From a bacterium (GTDB taxonomy: Bacteria; Patescibacteriota; Minisyncoccia; Phycocordibacterales; UBA2100), in the NCBI GenBank assembly GCA_030674455.1, contig JAUSGQ010000007.1, forward strand, positions 19,947-83,946: a DNA stretch of 64,000 bases, in the 5' to 3' direction. Shown piece after piece: positions 45,538 to 54,048 of this stretch (position 1 is its first letter; the number at the start of each line of letters is the position of its first letter). The notes under the pieces were generated by a model that saw only the letters and a list, made by a program, of their open reading frames with translations, did not search any database and was not told the DNA's origin. The translations under genes were made by a program, and so were the position numbers.

Positions 45538-46998
45538 TTGCATATCACTGCTGGGCAATGTTCTGGAAATGGTATAATTGTATATATGGCAGACACGCCC
45601 GTGCATGGTCCTCCTTCGGACGTAAAGAAGTTTTTTAACGCGATCAAATCCTTTGACTGGGATGAGTGGAACGATTATTTCTATTTTTGGGGAATTTCGC
45701 GATTTCTATATCACACAATAATTTTCTTCGGCTTATTGGGCATTCTGTCGCTACAAGTCCCAAATCTATTTCTTTTTGCAACAGGGTGGCTAATTGGAAC
45801 CGCACCCATTTGGCTTCCGATAGCCATGCTAATCGGATTCTACGAGATATGGTTCTGGTATGTCCGCTCGAATTTTATTTTTCATAAAAAACCGGTGCTG
45901 TTGGAGATGAGGATACCGCGCGAAATCACCAAATCTCCCCGAGCGATGGAAACAGCGCTCACGAATTTATGGGTGCCTCAAGGAGTCACGACGCTATACC
46001 AGCGAATGTTTAAAGGAATGGTTCTACCATGGTATTCGCTGGAAATGGCCTCCTTGGGGGGTGAAATTCACTTCTATATTTGGGTCTGGCAGGACTGGCG
46101 AAAGATAGTCGAGGCAACTCTCTATGCGGAATATCCTGAAATCGAACTGCATGAGGCGGAAGATTATGCACAAAAGTTTGTTTATAACCCAGAGACGCAG
46201 ACGTGCTACGGATGCGGGTGGCGGTTAGAACCGTATAATCCAAAAGTCAGATATATAGACGCGTACGTGATGAAAACATATATCGACTTGGAGCTCGATA
46301 AAGACCCAAAAGAGGAATTTAAAATTGACCCGCTTGCAGAAGTTCTGGAGGTTATGGGTTCCATGAACAAAGACCAGCAGATGTGGATACAGTTTCTGAT
46401 AACTCCGGAATTTAAATGGGGCAAACTTAGTCCAAAAGAAAGCGATTGGTCGGCTAGGGTTAAATGGGAAGTGGAGAAAATCCGCGCGACATCGCTCACG
46501 TTCTCTAAAGAGGCAGAGGCATTGCTCACAGAACGCCAGAGAATGCTCGCCCGCCCGAGGCCGACGTGGGTTCAGGAACATCAACTGGAGACCATGCAGA
46601 GAAATCTCGGCAAACATCCCTTTGCAGTGGTCCCGCGCGGGATTTTTATATCGCCGCACAAAGATTTCGGCGTGCGATTTTGGGACATGCGATGGATATG
46701 GCGGCCATTTGCAAATCCGCAGTACATGACACAAATGCGTAATCGCTGGTATCACACGGTAATGGATTATCCGTGGCAGGACTTTCACGATATGCGCTGG
46801 GAAATGCTTACCAAACGCTTTATTGATGCCTACAGGCGCAGGTCGGGCTTTTACAGCCCATGGGATTTTCCTCCGAATGTTATGACAACTGAATTACTCG
46901 CGACGTTCTATCATCCGCCAAGCAGTTCAATCAAAGTGCCGGGCCTAGTCCGCATTGAATCAAAGAAGTCTGCGCCACCGCCGAATCTTCCACAATAA
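45538..46998 (+). CDS. large Trp-rich membrane-anchored hypothetical protein
   Basis: 486 aa with N-terminal TM helices. It has no recognisable family, and the start is uncertain (Met 45586 is possible). Confidence 0.4.
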   Translation: MHITAGQCSGNGIIVYMADTPVHGPPSDVKKFFNAIKSFDWDEWNDYFYFWGISRFLYHTIIFFGLLGILSLQVPNLFLFATGWLIGTAPIWLPIAMLIGFYEIWFWYVRSNFIFHKKPVLLEMRIPREITKSPRAMETALTNLWVPQGVTTLYQRMFKGMVLPWYSLEMASLGGEIHFYIWVWQDWRKIVEATLYAEYPEIELHEAEDYAQKFVYNPETQTCYGCGWRLEPYNPKVRYIDAYVMKTYIDLELDKDPKEEFKIDPLAEVLEVMGSMNKDQQMWIQFLITPEFKWGKLSPKESDWSARVKWEVEKIRATSLTFSKEAEALLTERQRMLARPRPTWVQEHQLETMQRNLGKHPFAVVPRGIFISPHKDFGVRFWDMRWIWRPFANPQYMTQMRNRWYHTVMDYPWQDFHDMRWEMLTKRFIDAYRRRSGFYSPWDFPPNVMTTELLATFYHPPSSSIKVPGLVRIESKKSAPPPNLPQ

Positions 46999-47000
46999 GT

Positions 47001-47114
47001 CCCAATCTGCAAATATATTCCAATCAACGAATGAATCCCAATCTACAAATGGCTACGAATGGACAATGCTTACATTTGTAGTTATTCGTAGTATTCGTAT
47101 CATTTGTAGATTGG
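47001..47114. repeat. composite GTAG-palindromic repeat, copy R3 (ends 7 nt before the mltG start)
   Basis: Same family. Confidence 0.85.
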
Positions 47115-47120
47115 AACTCT

Positions 47121-48152
47121 ATGGCTTCCTTTGAAAAATTCCTTGAACGCGCATTCGACGCATATGACCGCGTTTTGAATGATTTGTCGAATCGATGGCG
47201 GGAACACGCGAATCGCAGAACGATAATTACGCTCCTATCCGTCGGCACATTGGCGATAGTGTTATACCTGAACGTCATACGACCGCCGGACAACTTTCCG
47301 CTCGATACGCTCGTGACTATAGAAGATGGCGCGACGGTAAGCGATGCCGCCTCGGTGCTTGAGTCAAATCACGTTGTGCGTTCCGGAACGGCCTTGCGAT
47401 ATCTCATTATCCTGCTTGGTGACCAGAAAAATGTGCATGCAGGAGATTATCTTTTTAAAGAACCGCGCGATTTATTCAGCGTAGCGCGCGCTATTGTAAT
47501 CGGGGCATATGGACTGGAACCTCTGCGCATTCGCATTCCCGAGGGCGCGACGACAAAAGAAATGGCGCGCATTTTAGAAGCGCGGCTTCTGCGCTTCAAC
47601 GGCGATACATTTATCGCTGAAGCACAACCGCTGGAGGGATTCCTTTTTCCCGATACCTATTATTTTCTTCCGAACGCAAGCGAAGAACTTGTGATTCGAA
47701 CAATGCGTCAGACATTTGACACGCGGACATCGGAAATTGACGCACAAATCAAATCATTCGGAAAACCACTGAATGACGTCATTATAATGGCATCTCTTTT
47801 AGAGCGTGAGGCGCGCACATCAAAAGACAGAAGAATGATTGCCGGAGTTTTGTGGAATCGGTTGAACAAAGGCATGTTGCTCCAGGTTGACGCCGCTTTT
47901 CGCTACACCATCGGAAAGGGAACATACCAGCTGACGACAGAAGACCTCGCGAGCGATTCCCCCTACAACACGTATCGGAACCCAGGGTTGCCGCCGACAC
48001 CCATCGGTAGCCCAAGTCTTGATTCCATCCTGGCGGCCGTTACTCCCCTCAAGCATAACTATTTATATTACCTTGCCGATAGAAGCGGAGTTACTCACTA
48101 CAGCAAGACATACGCCGAACATTTGCGATATAAGCGAAAATATATAGACTAA
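47121..48152 (+). CDS. mltG: endolytic murein transglycosylase MltG (YceG family)
   Basis: N-terminal TM anchor and LEGFLFPDTY, ASLLEREA and NTYRNPGLPPTPI motifs. Confidence 0.9.
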   Translation: MASFEKFLERAFDAYDRVLNDLSNRWREHANRRTIITLLSVGTLAIVLYLNVIRPPDNFPLDTLVTIEDGATVSDAASVLESNHVVRSGTALRYLIILLGDQKNVHAGDYLFKEPRDLFSVARAIVIGAYGLEPLRIRIPEGATTKEMARILEARLLRFNGDTFIAEAQPLEGFLFPDTYYFLPNASEELVIRTMRQTFDTRTSEIDAQIKSFGKPLNDVIIMASLLEREARTSKDRRMIAGVLWNRLNKGMLLQVDAAFRYTIGKGTYQLTTEDLASDSPYNTYRNPGLPPTPIGSPSLDSILAAVTPLKHNYLYYLADRSGVTHYSKTYAEHLRYKRKYID

Positions 48153-48155
48153 AGT

Positions 48156-48266
48156 GCCAATCTGCGAATGATACGAATACTACGAATGGCTACAAATGTG
48201 AGTGTTGATTATTCGTAGTTATTTGTAGATTGGAATATATTCGTAGATTGGTACTTGTTAGATTGG
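48156..48266. repeat. composite GTAG-palindromic repeat, copy R4
   Basis: Same family. Confidence 0.85.
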
Positions 48267-48273
48267 AACATGT

Positions 48274-49392
48274 ATGTCAAAAACAGTTTTCGTTGGTTTG
48301 TCGGGTGGCGTCGATTCCGCCGTTTCGGCTGCGCTGCTTAAAGAGCAAGGCTATAACGTCGCTGGCGTATTCATAAAAATCTGGCAACCTGAATTTATAG
48401 AATGCACGTGGGCGAAAGACCGTCTGGACGCGATGCGCGTTTGCGTTTCGCTCGGAATCCCGTTCCAGGAAATAGACCTTTCATCTGATTACAAACGCAC
48501 GGTTGTGGACGACATGATCTCCGCATATTCGCGCGGCATCACTCCAAATCCGGATGTCCTGTGCAATAGACACATAAAATTCGGCAGTTTTATGAACTAT
48601 GCGCGCAAAGAGGGTGCGGATTATATTGCGACGGGACATTACGCCCGTGTCGCCTTAGGCGACCGCAGATTTACGCAGAAAGAACCCAAAAACGTATACA
48701 AATTATTAAGAGGGTCAGATAACAATAAAGACCAGTCATACTTCTTGTACTTATTGAAACAGGATGACCTTGTGCATACGCTATTCCCCGTGGGAAATCT
48801 TTTAAAGTCAGAGGTAAGGAAGCTTGCAGCTAAGTTTTCTCTTCCTGTTGCAGAAAAATCCGATAGCCAAGGATTGTGCTTTGTCGGCGATGTGACGATG
48901 AAGGATTTTCTCTCGAGATATATGAAACTCGACGAAGGAAAAGTCATAGATACAAATGGCACATGCATAGGCAGTCACGAAGGAGCTGCGCTTTATACGA
49001 TAGGACAACGACACGGATTCACAACCGAGCGCCTTGCGGGTGACAGAACCCCGTACTATGTCGTCTCTGTTAATATTCCCGCGAATACAATAACTGTTTC
49101 CACAAGGCGCGACGACGCAACGCAAAAAGATATACGCATCGACTCAATGCATTGGATATCGGGCGCTCCGGAAATGCCGTTGCGCGCACAAACACAGGCG
49201 AGATATAGAGAAAAACCGAGCGAAGCAACAATTTCTGTAGAGGGTGGAGGTGTGAGCGTTGCTTTTGATGAGCCGCAAATTGCCGCGGCCGGGCAATCGA
49301 TCGTTGTGTATAACGACGACACATGTTTAGGCGGAGGCACCATAGAGTACCAATCTACGAATGAATTCCAATCTACAAATAACTACGAATAA
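48274..49392 (+). CDS. mnmA: tRNA-specific 2-thiouridylase MnmA. The last ~14 codons (YQSTNEFQSTNNYE) are encoded by repeat copy R5.
   Basis: PP-loop SGGVDS and MnmA domains. The ORF reads into the repeat before reaching a stop. Confidence 0.9.
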   Translation: MSKTVFVGLSGGVDSAVSAALLKEQGYNVAGVFIKIWQPEFIECTWAKDRLDAMRVCVSLGIPFQEIDLSSDYKRTVVDDMISAYSRGITPNPDVLCNRHIKFGSFMNYARKEGADYIATGHYARVALGDRRFTQKEPKNVYKLLRGSDNNKDQSYFLYLLKQDDLVHTLFPVGNLLKSEVRKLAAKFSLPVAEKSDSQGLCFVGDVTMKDFLSRYMKLDEGKVIDTNGTCIGSHEGAALYTIGQRHGFTTERLAGDRTPYYVVSVNIPANTITVSTRRDDATQKDIRIDSMHWISGAPEMPLRAQTQARYREKPSEATISVEGGGVSVAFDEPQIAAAGQSIVVYNDDTCLGGGTIEYQSTNEFQSTNNYE

Positions 49393-49444
49393 TCATTTCT
49401 CCACATTTGTAGCCATTCGTAGTATTCGTGCATTCGTAGATTGG
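49350..49444. repeat. composite GTAG-palindromic repeat, copy R5
   Basis: Same family. Confidence 0.85.
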
Positions 49445-49459
49445 GACTATACTATTTAA

Positions 49460-50341
49460 ATGCAAACATATGCACGTGGTGCGTCATCAGTAGCTCACGG
49501 TTATGGTGCGCAAAATATTGGGAGTGTATTGATTACAAAAGCAGACGGCGAGCAAGAAATGTTCGTCCCTACCAAGCTGGATAACTCTCTAGCACGCGTA
49601 GGCGTTGGGCCAGACATGCGCAAGCGTGTCATTGACCATGTCATACGCGAACTGAAACCCGGCATGACTACTGAAGAAATTTATCGGCACGCTTTCGATA
49701 TCCTGCGTAGGGAAGAAAGCGCGCCCATGGCGGCGCGCTATTCGATAAAGCGGGCGGTTTTCGCCCTTGGTCCTTCGGGATTTCCTTTTGAGCAATTCCT
49801 GGCGGAGATACTGCGCGCGCACGGATGGACATGCCGCACTGGAGCAGCACTCAATGGTCACTGTGCTCCACACGAAGTAGATGTGTTAGCAGAAAAGAGC
49901 GGAAGAAAAATCGGAATCGAAGCAAAGTTCCACAATGATGCCGGGGGAAAGACCGATATTAAAGACGCACTTTATGTGCATGCCCGCTATGAGGATTTGA
50001 AGAAAACGACGGAGGAATCTTCCCACGTTGATGAGGGGTGGCTCGTCACTAATACTACTTTTACACACAACGCAATCCGCTATGCGCAATGCTCCGGCCT
50101 GACGCTCCTCGGATGGGATTATCCGAACGGCCGCGGACTCCTGCCTATGATAGAAGAAGCAAAAGTCCATCCTTTGACCTGCCTCACGACTCTTACAGAG
50201 GGTGAAAAACGGCAATTGCTCGACAACAAAATTGTTCTGTGCAAGAGCGTGCAATCGCGGCACCTGCTGGATGAATACGGCATCCGGCCAGGACGAATAC
50301 CTCAAGTAATGGAGGAAGCCCAGCGCCTATGCGGGATATGA
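49460..50341 (+). CDS. ATP-cone domain + Mrr-like restriction-endonuclease (PD-(D/E)XK) domain protein
   Basis: N-terminal ATP-cone-like segment (VPTKLDNSLARVGV...) and a C-terminal Mrr_cat-like segment (FEQFLAEILRAHGW...VDVLAEK...IEAKF...LVTNTTFT). The real start may be an internal Met. Confidence 0.5.
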   Translation: MQTYARGASSVAHGYGAQNIGSVLITKADGEQEMFVPTKLDNSLARVGVGPDMRKRVIDHVIRELKPGMTTEEIYRHAFDILRREESAPMAARYSIKRAVFALGPSGFPFEQFLAEILRAHGWTCRTGAALNGHCAPHEVDVLAEKSGRKIGIEAKFHNDAGGKTDIKDALYVHARYEDLKKTTEESSHVDEGWLVTNTTFTHNAIRYAQCSGLTLLGWDYPNGRGLLPMIEEAKVHPLTCLTTLTEGEKRQLLDNKIVLCKSVQSRHLLDEYGIRPGRIPQVMEEAQRLCGI

Positions 50342-50449
50342 GTACAGTATACAGTATTCCGTATTCCGTATTCTGTATTCTGTATTTTTTATACAGTATA
50401 CTAGATACTGAATACAGTATACACGTTTAAGGGTGCTATACTTTGAATT

Positions 50450-50953
50450 ATGGAATCAGTAGCGCAATTCACAGACACTACGATAGTGATGTTTGCAAAA
50501 CTGGTTCTTGCTGTTGTGTTGGGGGGAATCATCGGCACGGAGCGCGCCGTCATGGCGCGGCAGGCGGCCGGCACTCGCACGTTCGGCCTTGTCGCCCTCG
50601 GAGCATGTCTCTTTGTCCTCACCGCGAATTACGTTGATTTGGCTCATCTCGGTATCGTTAATTTCGACCCGATGCGGGTAGCCGCGGCAATCATTACGGG
50701 CGTTGGTTTCTTGGGAGGCGGACTCATTATTTTCAGAGGCGAGACTCAACACGGCATCACTACAGCGGCCGGTTTGTGGATCTCTTCCGCCGTCGGAATT
50801 GCCGTCGCTTTTGGACTATACGCGATAGCGATATTCTCCACCGTTCTCGTTCTTTTGATTTTTACAGGTATGTGGTACATGGAAAACCGCTTCAAGCACT
50901 GGTTCGAAGACCACAAACCGGAAATAGAAAGAAAAGCTGATAACGGTTTGTAG
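50450..50953 (+). CDS. mgtC: MgtC/SapB family membrane protein
   Basis: LGGIIGTER motif and 4-5 TM helices; 167 aa. Confidence 0.8.
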   Translation: MESVAQFTDTTIVMFAKLVLAVVLGGIIGTERAVMARQAAGTRTFGLVALGACLFVLTANYVDLAHLGIVNFDPMRVAAAIITGVGFLGGGLIIFRGETQHGITTAAGLWISSAVGIAVAFGLYAIAIFSTVLVLLIFTGMWYMENRFKHWFEDHKPEIERKADNGL

Positions 50954-51040
50954 AAAATACTCGAGGTGACTCCTTGCATTGGGCGAGGTGTCTCCTCGGG
51001 TATTTTCCCAGCTATGCCAGTCCTCTGCTATACTGCCTCA

Positions 51041-51844
51041 ATGTCCACCTACTACAAACCCGATAGAAACCCCGGTTGGAATTACGGCGGAGAGCGATTC
51101 CGTCTTTCGCGTTCTAAAATTGCGCTTTTCCTCGACTGCCCGCGATGCTTCTATGTCGACAACAAGCTCGGCACCGCCCGTCCACCCGGATATCCGTTTA
51201 ATCTTAACAGCGCGGTGGATGCGCTTTTAAAGAAAGAATTCGACACACATAGAAACGGGAAGACAACGCATCCCCTCATGAAAGCTTACGGATTAGATGC
51301 CGTACCGTTCGCCGACGAGCGCATGGATGAATGGCGCGATTCACTGCGGCGAGGCATACAGTTTAAGCACAAAACAGGTCTTTTGGTCACAGGAGGTGTC
51401 GACGATGTGTGGGTAAGGCCCAACGGAGAACTAATAATTGTAGATTACAAAGCCACGAGTAAGGATGCAAAAATAACCGAGCTTGACCAGGAATGGCAGG
51501 ATGGTTACAGACGACAGATGGAAATTTACCAATGGCTGTTCCGGCAGAACGGTTTCAAAGTTTCTGATACAGGGTACTTTGTTTACGCAAACGCAGGCAG
51601 AGACAAAGAAGCATTCGACGGCGTGCTCAATTTTGAAGTTACTCTCGTTCCATACAAAGGCGACGACTCGTGGGTTGAGGGTAAGCTCGTAGAACTGAAA
51701 AAATGTCTTGATAGCGACGAACTTCCCGAGGCATCCGCGGAGTGCGATTATTGCAGGTACCGCGAAGCTGTCGGAAAAAAGATGCTGGCATTCACAAAGA
51801 AGCCGCAAAAGAAAACAGCGGGTGACGGGACTCTAGGAATATGA
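51041..51844 (+). CDS. Cas4-like PD-(D/E)XK nuclease with Cys cluster (standalone, no CRISPR nearby)
   Basis: N-terminal CPRC, the IVDYKA motif and a C-terminal ECDYC motif. The track start at 50966 is also possible. Confidence 0.5.
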   Translation: MSTYYKPDRNPGWNYGGERFRLSRSKIALFLDCPRCFYVDNKLGTARPPGYPFNLNSAVDALLKKEFDTHRNGKTTHPLMKAYGLDAVPFADERMDEWRDSLRRGIQFKHKTGLLVTGGVDDVWVRPNGELIIVDYKATSKDAKITELDQEWQDGYRRQMEIYQWLFRQNGFKVSDTGYFVYANAGRDKEAFDGVLNFEVTLVPYKGDDSWVEGKLVELKKCLDSDELPEASAECDYCRYREAVGKKMLAFTKKPQKKTAGDGTLGI

Positions 51845-51977
51845 AAACACAAATCCTAAATCCTAAGCTCTAAACAAATCTTTAGCACCAAAACCCGAAA
51901 CGAAACATTTTTGAATTTGAAAATTGTGATTTTGATTTTGTTTAGGATTTAGATATTAGAGTTTAGGATTTCTTCCA

Positions 51978-52712
51978 ATGATTATGACCGAGAAGCAGGA
52001 ACAGGAATCGGACGTTAAGATGGAAGAATCATGGAAAAACGCGTTAAAGGATGAATTCGGGCAGGACTACTTCAAGCAACTGCGGGAATTCGTCAAAGGC
52101 GAGTACAAGCATGCCATCGTGTACCCGCCGCCAAAGAATATCTTTCGCGCGTTTGAGCTTTGCCCCTTTGATAAAGTCGAGGTTGTGCTACTCGGACAAG
52201 ACCCATATCACGGCCCGAAACAGGCAAATGGACTCTGTTTCGCAGTGAGCGAAGGGCTTGCTCTACCGCCCTCTCTTCAGAATATCTTTAAGGAATTGGC
52301 CGCAGATATGGGATTGTCCCACGATGCCTTGCTTGCCCGTCGAAGCCTTGGCGAAGTCGGGGCGAAGAAGGGTGGAACTCTTGAGGATTGGGCCAAGCAA
52401 GGTGTTCTACTACTCAATGCAACATTGACCGTGGCAGCGCGCGCGCCCGGTTCGCATCAAGGAAAGGGGTGGGAAGAATTTACCGATGCGGTTATACGCA
52501 AACTTTCTAACGAGCGCGAGAATCTAGTCTTTATTCTTTGGGGCAACTACGCAAAAGCCAAAGGCGCGCACATCGACCGCACCAAGCACCTCGTCATTGA
52601 ATCCGCGCACCCTTCGCCTTTTTCCGCCGACCGCTTCTTCGGCTCTAAACCTTTCAGCAAAACGAACGAATATCTGAAAGCCCACGACAAAAAGCCGATT
52701 GATTGGTTGTAA
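51978..52712 (+). CDS. ung: uracil-DNA glycosylase, family 1
   Basis: GQDPYHGP, LLLNATLTV and HPSPFSA motifs, with C-terminal KKPIDWL. Confidence 0.9.
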   Translation: MIMTEKQEQESDVKMEESWKNALKDEFGQDYFKQLREFVKGEYKHAIVYPPPKNIFRAFELCPFDKVEVVLLGQDPYHGPKQANGLCFAVSEGLALPPSLQNIFKELAADMGLSHDALLARRSLGEVGAKKGGTLEDWAKQGVLLLNATLTVAARAPGSHQGKGWEEFTDAVIRKLSNERENLVFILWGNYAKAKGAHIDRTKHLVIESAHPSPFSADRFFGSKPFSKTNEYLKAHDKKPIDWL

Positions 52713-52713
52713 T

Positions 52714-52742
52714 CTTCTACCAAGGTCTTACCTTGGTAGAAG
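52714..52742. repeat. 27-bp GTAG-type palindrome CTTCTACCAAGGT-CTT-ACCTTGGTAGAAG (REP-like, left flank of RAYT). It begins 2 nt after the ung stop, and its right arm encodes the RAYT C-terminal LLPR.
   Basis: The palindrome is visible. Inverted-centre copies lie at 53439..53465 and 53235..53258. Confidence 0.85.
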
Positions 52743-53420
52743 TTCGTTATCATCTTGCCGAGCATATATTTTTGCCTCCTCGATAAGTTGGTCAATCGTT
52801 TGCGAAGCATCGAGTATTTCCAACACCGGCTCTTTGTTTATGATAGAGGACTCCGGACGCGTTCCTGAGTAGTCGAGAAAACTGGAGTACTGATACTCCG
52901 ATAAAAATTTCCGCAAATTCTTTTCGTTCTGTATCGAACATTGTTTCCATTTCGGCTCTATTAGCTCTGCAGGGTTTGCATGAATATAACTAACTACTCT
53001 ATTTAGATTCTGATCCGACTCTATTCGTTTCGCCTTAAAGGTGCCTTGAAACAATGCTCCGTTACGTTCGTATTTGATATTGAAGTACATCGTGTAGCCC
53101 GTTCCGAGCTGTCGCATAAAGGATGTGATGCCTCCATAATTATGTTCACGTAAAAACAGGTGATGATGGTTTGGCATCAGGCAGTACGCGCCAATGTCCA
53201 CGAGTTTTTCTTTTCTCTCAACTGCCGCCACGAGTTCTACCAAGGTCTTACCTTGGTTGATGTTGCTGATATGTATTGGTTCGCGACTGTTACATGCATA
53301 TAGAAGCATCACAAATCGCTCGTAGTCTTCTGGATTTGTGAAAACGACCCGCTTATCAACGCCGCGATTGTAGCAGTGATACCATTCGTTCGGTGCGAAG
53401 GAAATTGTTCGCTGTCCCAT
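52728..53420 (-). mobile_element. IS200-like HUH tyrosine transposase (REP-associated tyrosine transposase, RAYT-like)
   Basis: WYHCYNRG (YHVxxRG-like), HUH motif CLMPNHHHLFL and catalytic-Tyr region YIHANPAE. The track ORF starts at TTG 53510, but the likely start is Met 53420. Confidence 0.75.
53235..53258. repeat. internal copy of the RAYT-flank palindrome (TTCTACCAAGGTCTTACCTTGGTTGA) in frame inside the RAYT gene (encodes INQGKTLVEL)
   Basis: Same word, with arms degenerate by 2 nt. Confidence 0.7.
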
Positions 53421-53438
53421 ATCGATAATAATAACATG

Positions 53439-53465
53439 TTCTACCAAGGTAAGACCTTGGTAGAG
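53439..53465. repeat. right-flank palindrome TTCTACCAAGGT-AAG-ACCTTGGTAGAG (centre inverted relative to the left copy)
   Basis: The REP pair is in inverted orientation around the RAYT gene. Confidence 0.85.
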
Positions 53466-53484
53466 ACTTCCAGTGGATAAGAGT

Positions 53485-53574
53485 TTCTTCGGCTCAAAAC
53501 CCTTAGGCAAGACGAATGAATACCTTGTGGATCTTCCAAAGGTCTCTCCTCGAGAATTCAGTATTTTGAGGTGA
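53485..53574 (+). pseudogene. diverged duplicate of the ung 3' terminus (encodes FFGSKPLGKTNEYL... then diverges)
   Basis: About 80% nucleotide identity to ung 52634..52680 (FFGSKPFSKTNEYL). There is no upstream coding context. Confidence 0.7.
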
Positions 53575-53730
53575 GGCCTTGGGGATTTTTAAGGTTTAAC
53601 CTTGGTTGCATAACGAGTTTTCTCTCCCTTTACTGACTACGTACTACTAACTACTGACTGCCAAGCCAATTGACTCTCTCTCTCTGATTTGAGATAGTGT
53701 CGCCAGTCGACCTAATGCATTAGGTCTTAT

Positions 53731-53997
53731 ATGGAGGCAAAAATGGCTGATGAGAAAACGCATCCGACATACGCGCAACTCGTTGCGAAAGTCGAGCGGT
53801 TGGAAAGGAATGAGAAACGGTTAGTAGAGTGGTCCAAAACACTTGGACCCATCTTCAAACAGCTTGAGGACGCACTGAATGACCTCGCCACGAACCACGG
53901 CAGGTCGCAGTCTCGCGCTCAAATACTGATGGAACCGTTCATCTCACTCGAAACCAAGCCGGATGGAAGCCCCATGCGGCCGATAGAAGGAGGGTGA
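53731..53997 (+). CDS. hypothetical protein
   Basis: 88-aa ORF preceded by a TACTACTAACTAC repeat block. Confidence 0.35.
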   Translation: MEAKMADEKTHPTYAQLVAKVERLERNEKRLVEWSKTLGPIFKQLEDALNDLATNHGRSQSRAQILMEPFISLETKPDGSPMRPIEGG

Positions 53998-54012
53998 GAC
54001 TTGCTTTATCGT

Positions 54013-54048
54013 GGCGCCTTCCGAGCAATCGGAAGGCGCTGGACTTAT
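54013..54048. terminator. hairpin GCGCCTTCCGA-GCAA-TCGGAAGGCGC between convergent genes
   Basis: 11-bp stem with a weak T-run. Confidence 0.5.

Noticed and set aside
53487-53510. The N-terminal 30 codons of the track ORF 52728..53510 (TTG start, MPKGFEPKKLL...)
   Set aside because: This stretch is the antisense of the ung 3' relic plus the flanking palindrome. The conserved RAYT N-terminal motif (WYHCYNRG) begins just after Met 53420, so the shorter start was adopted.
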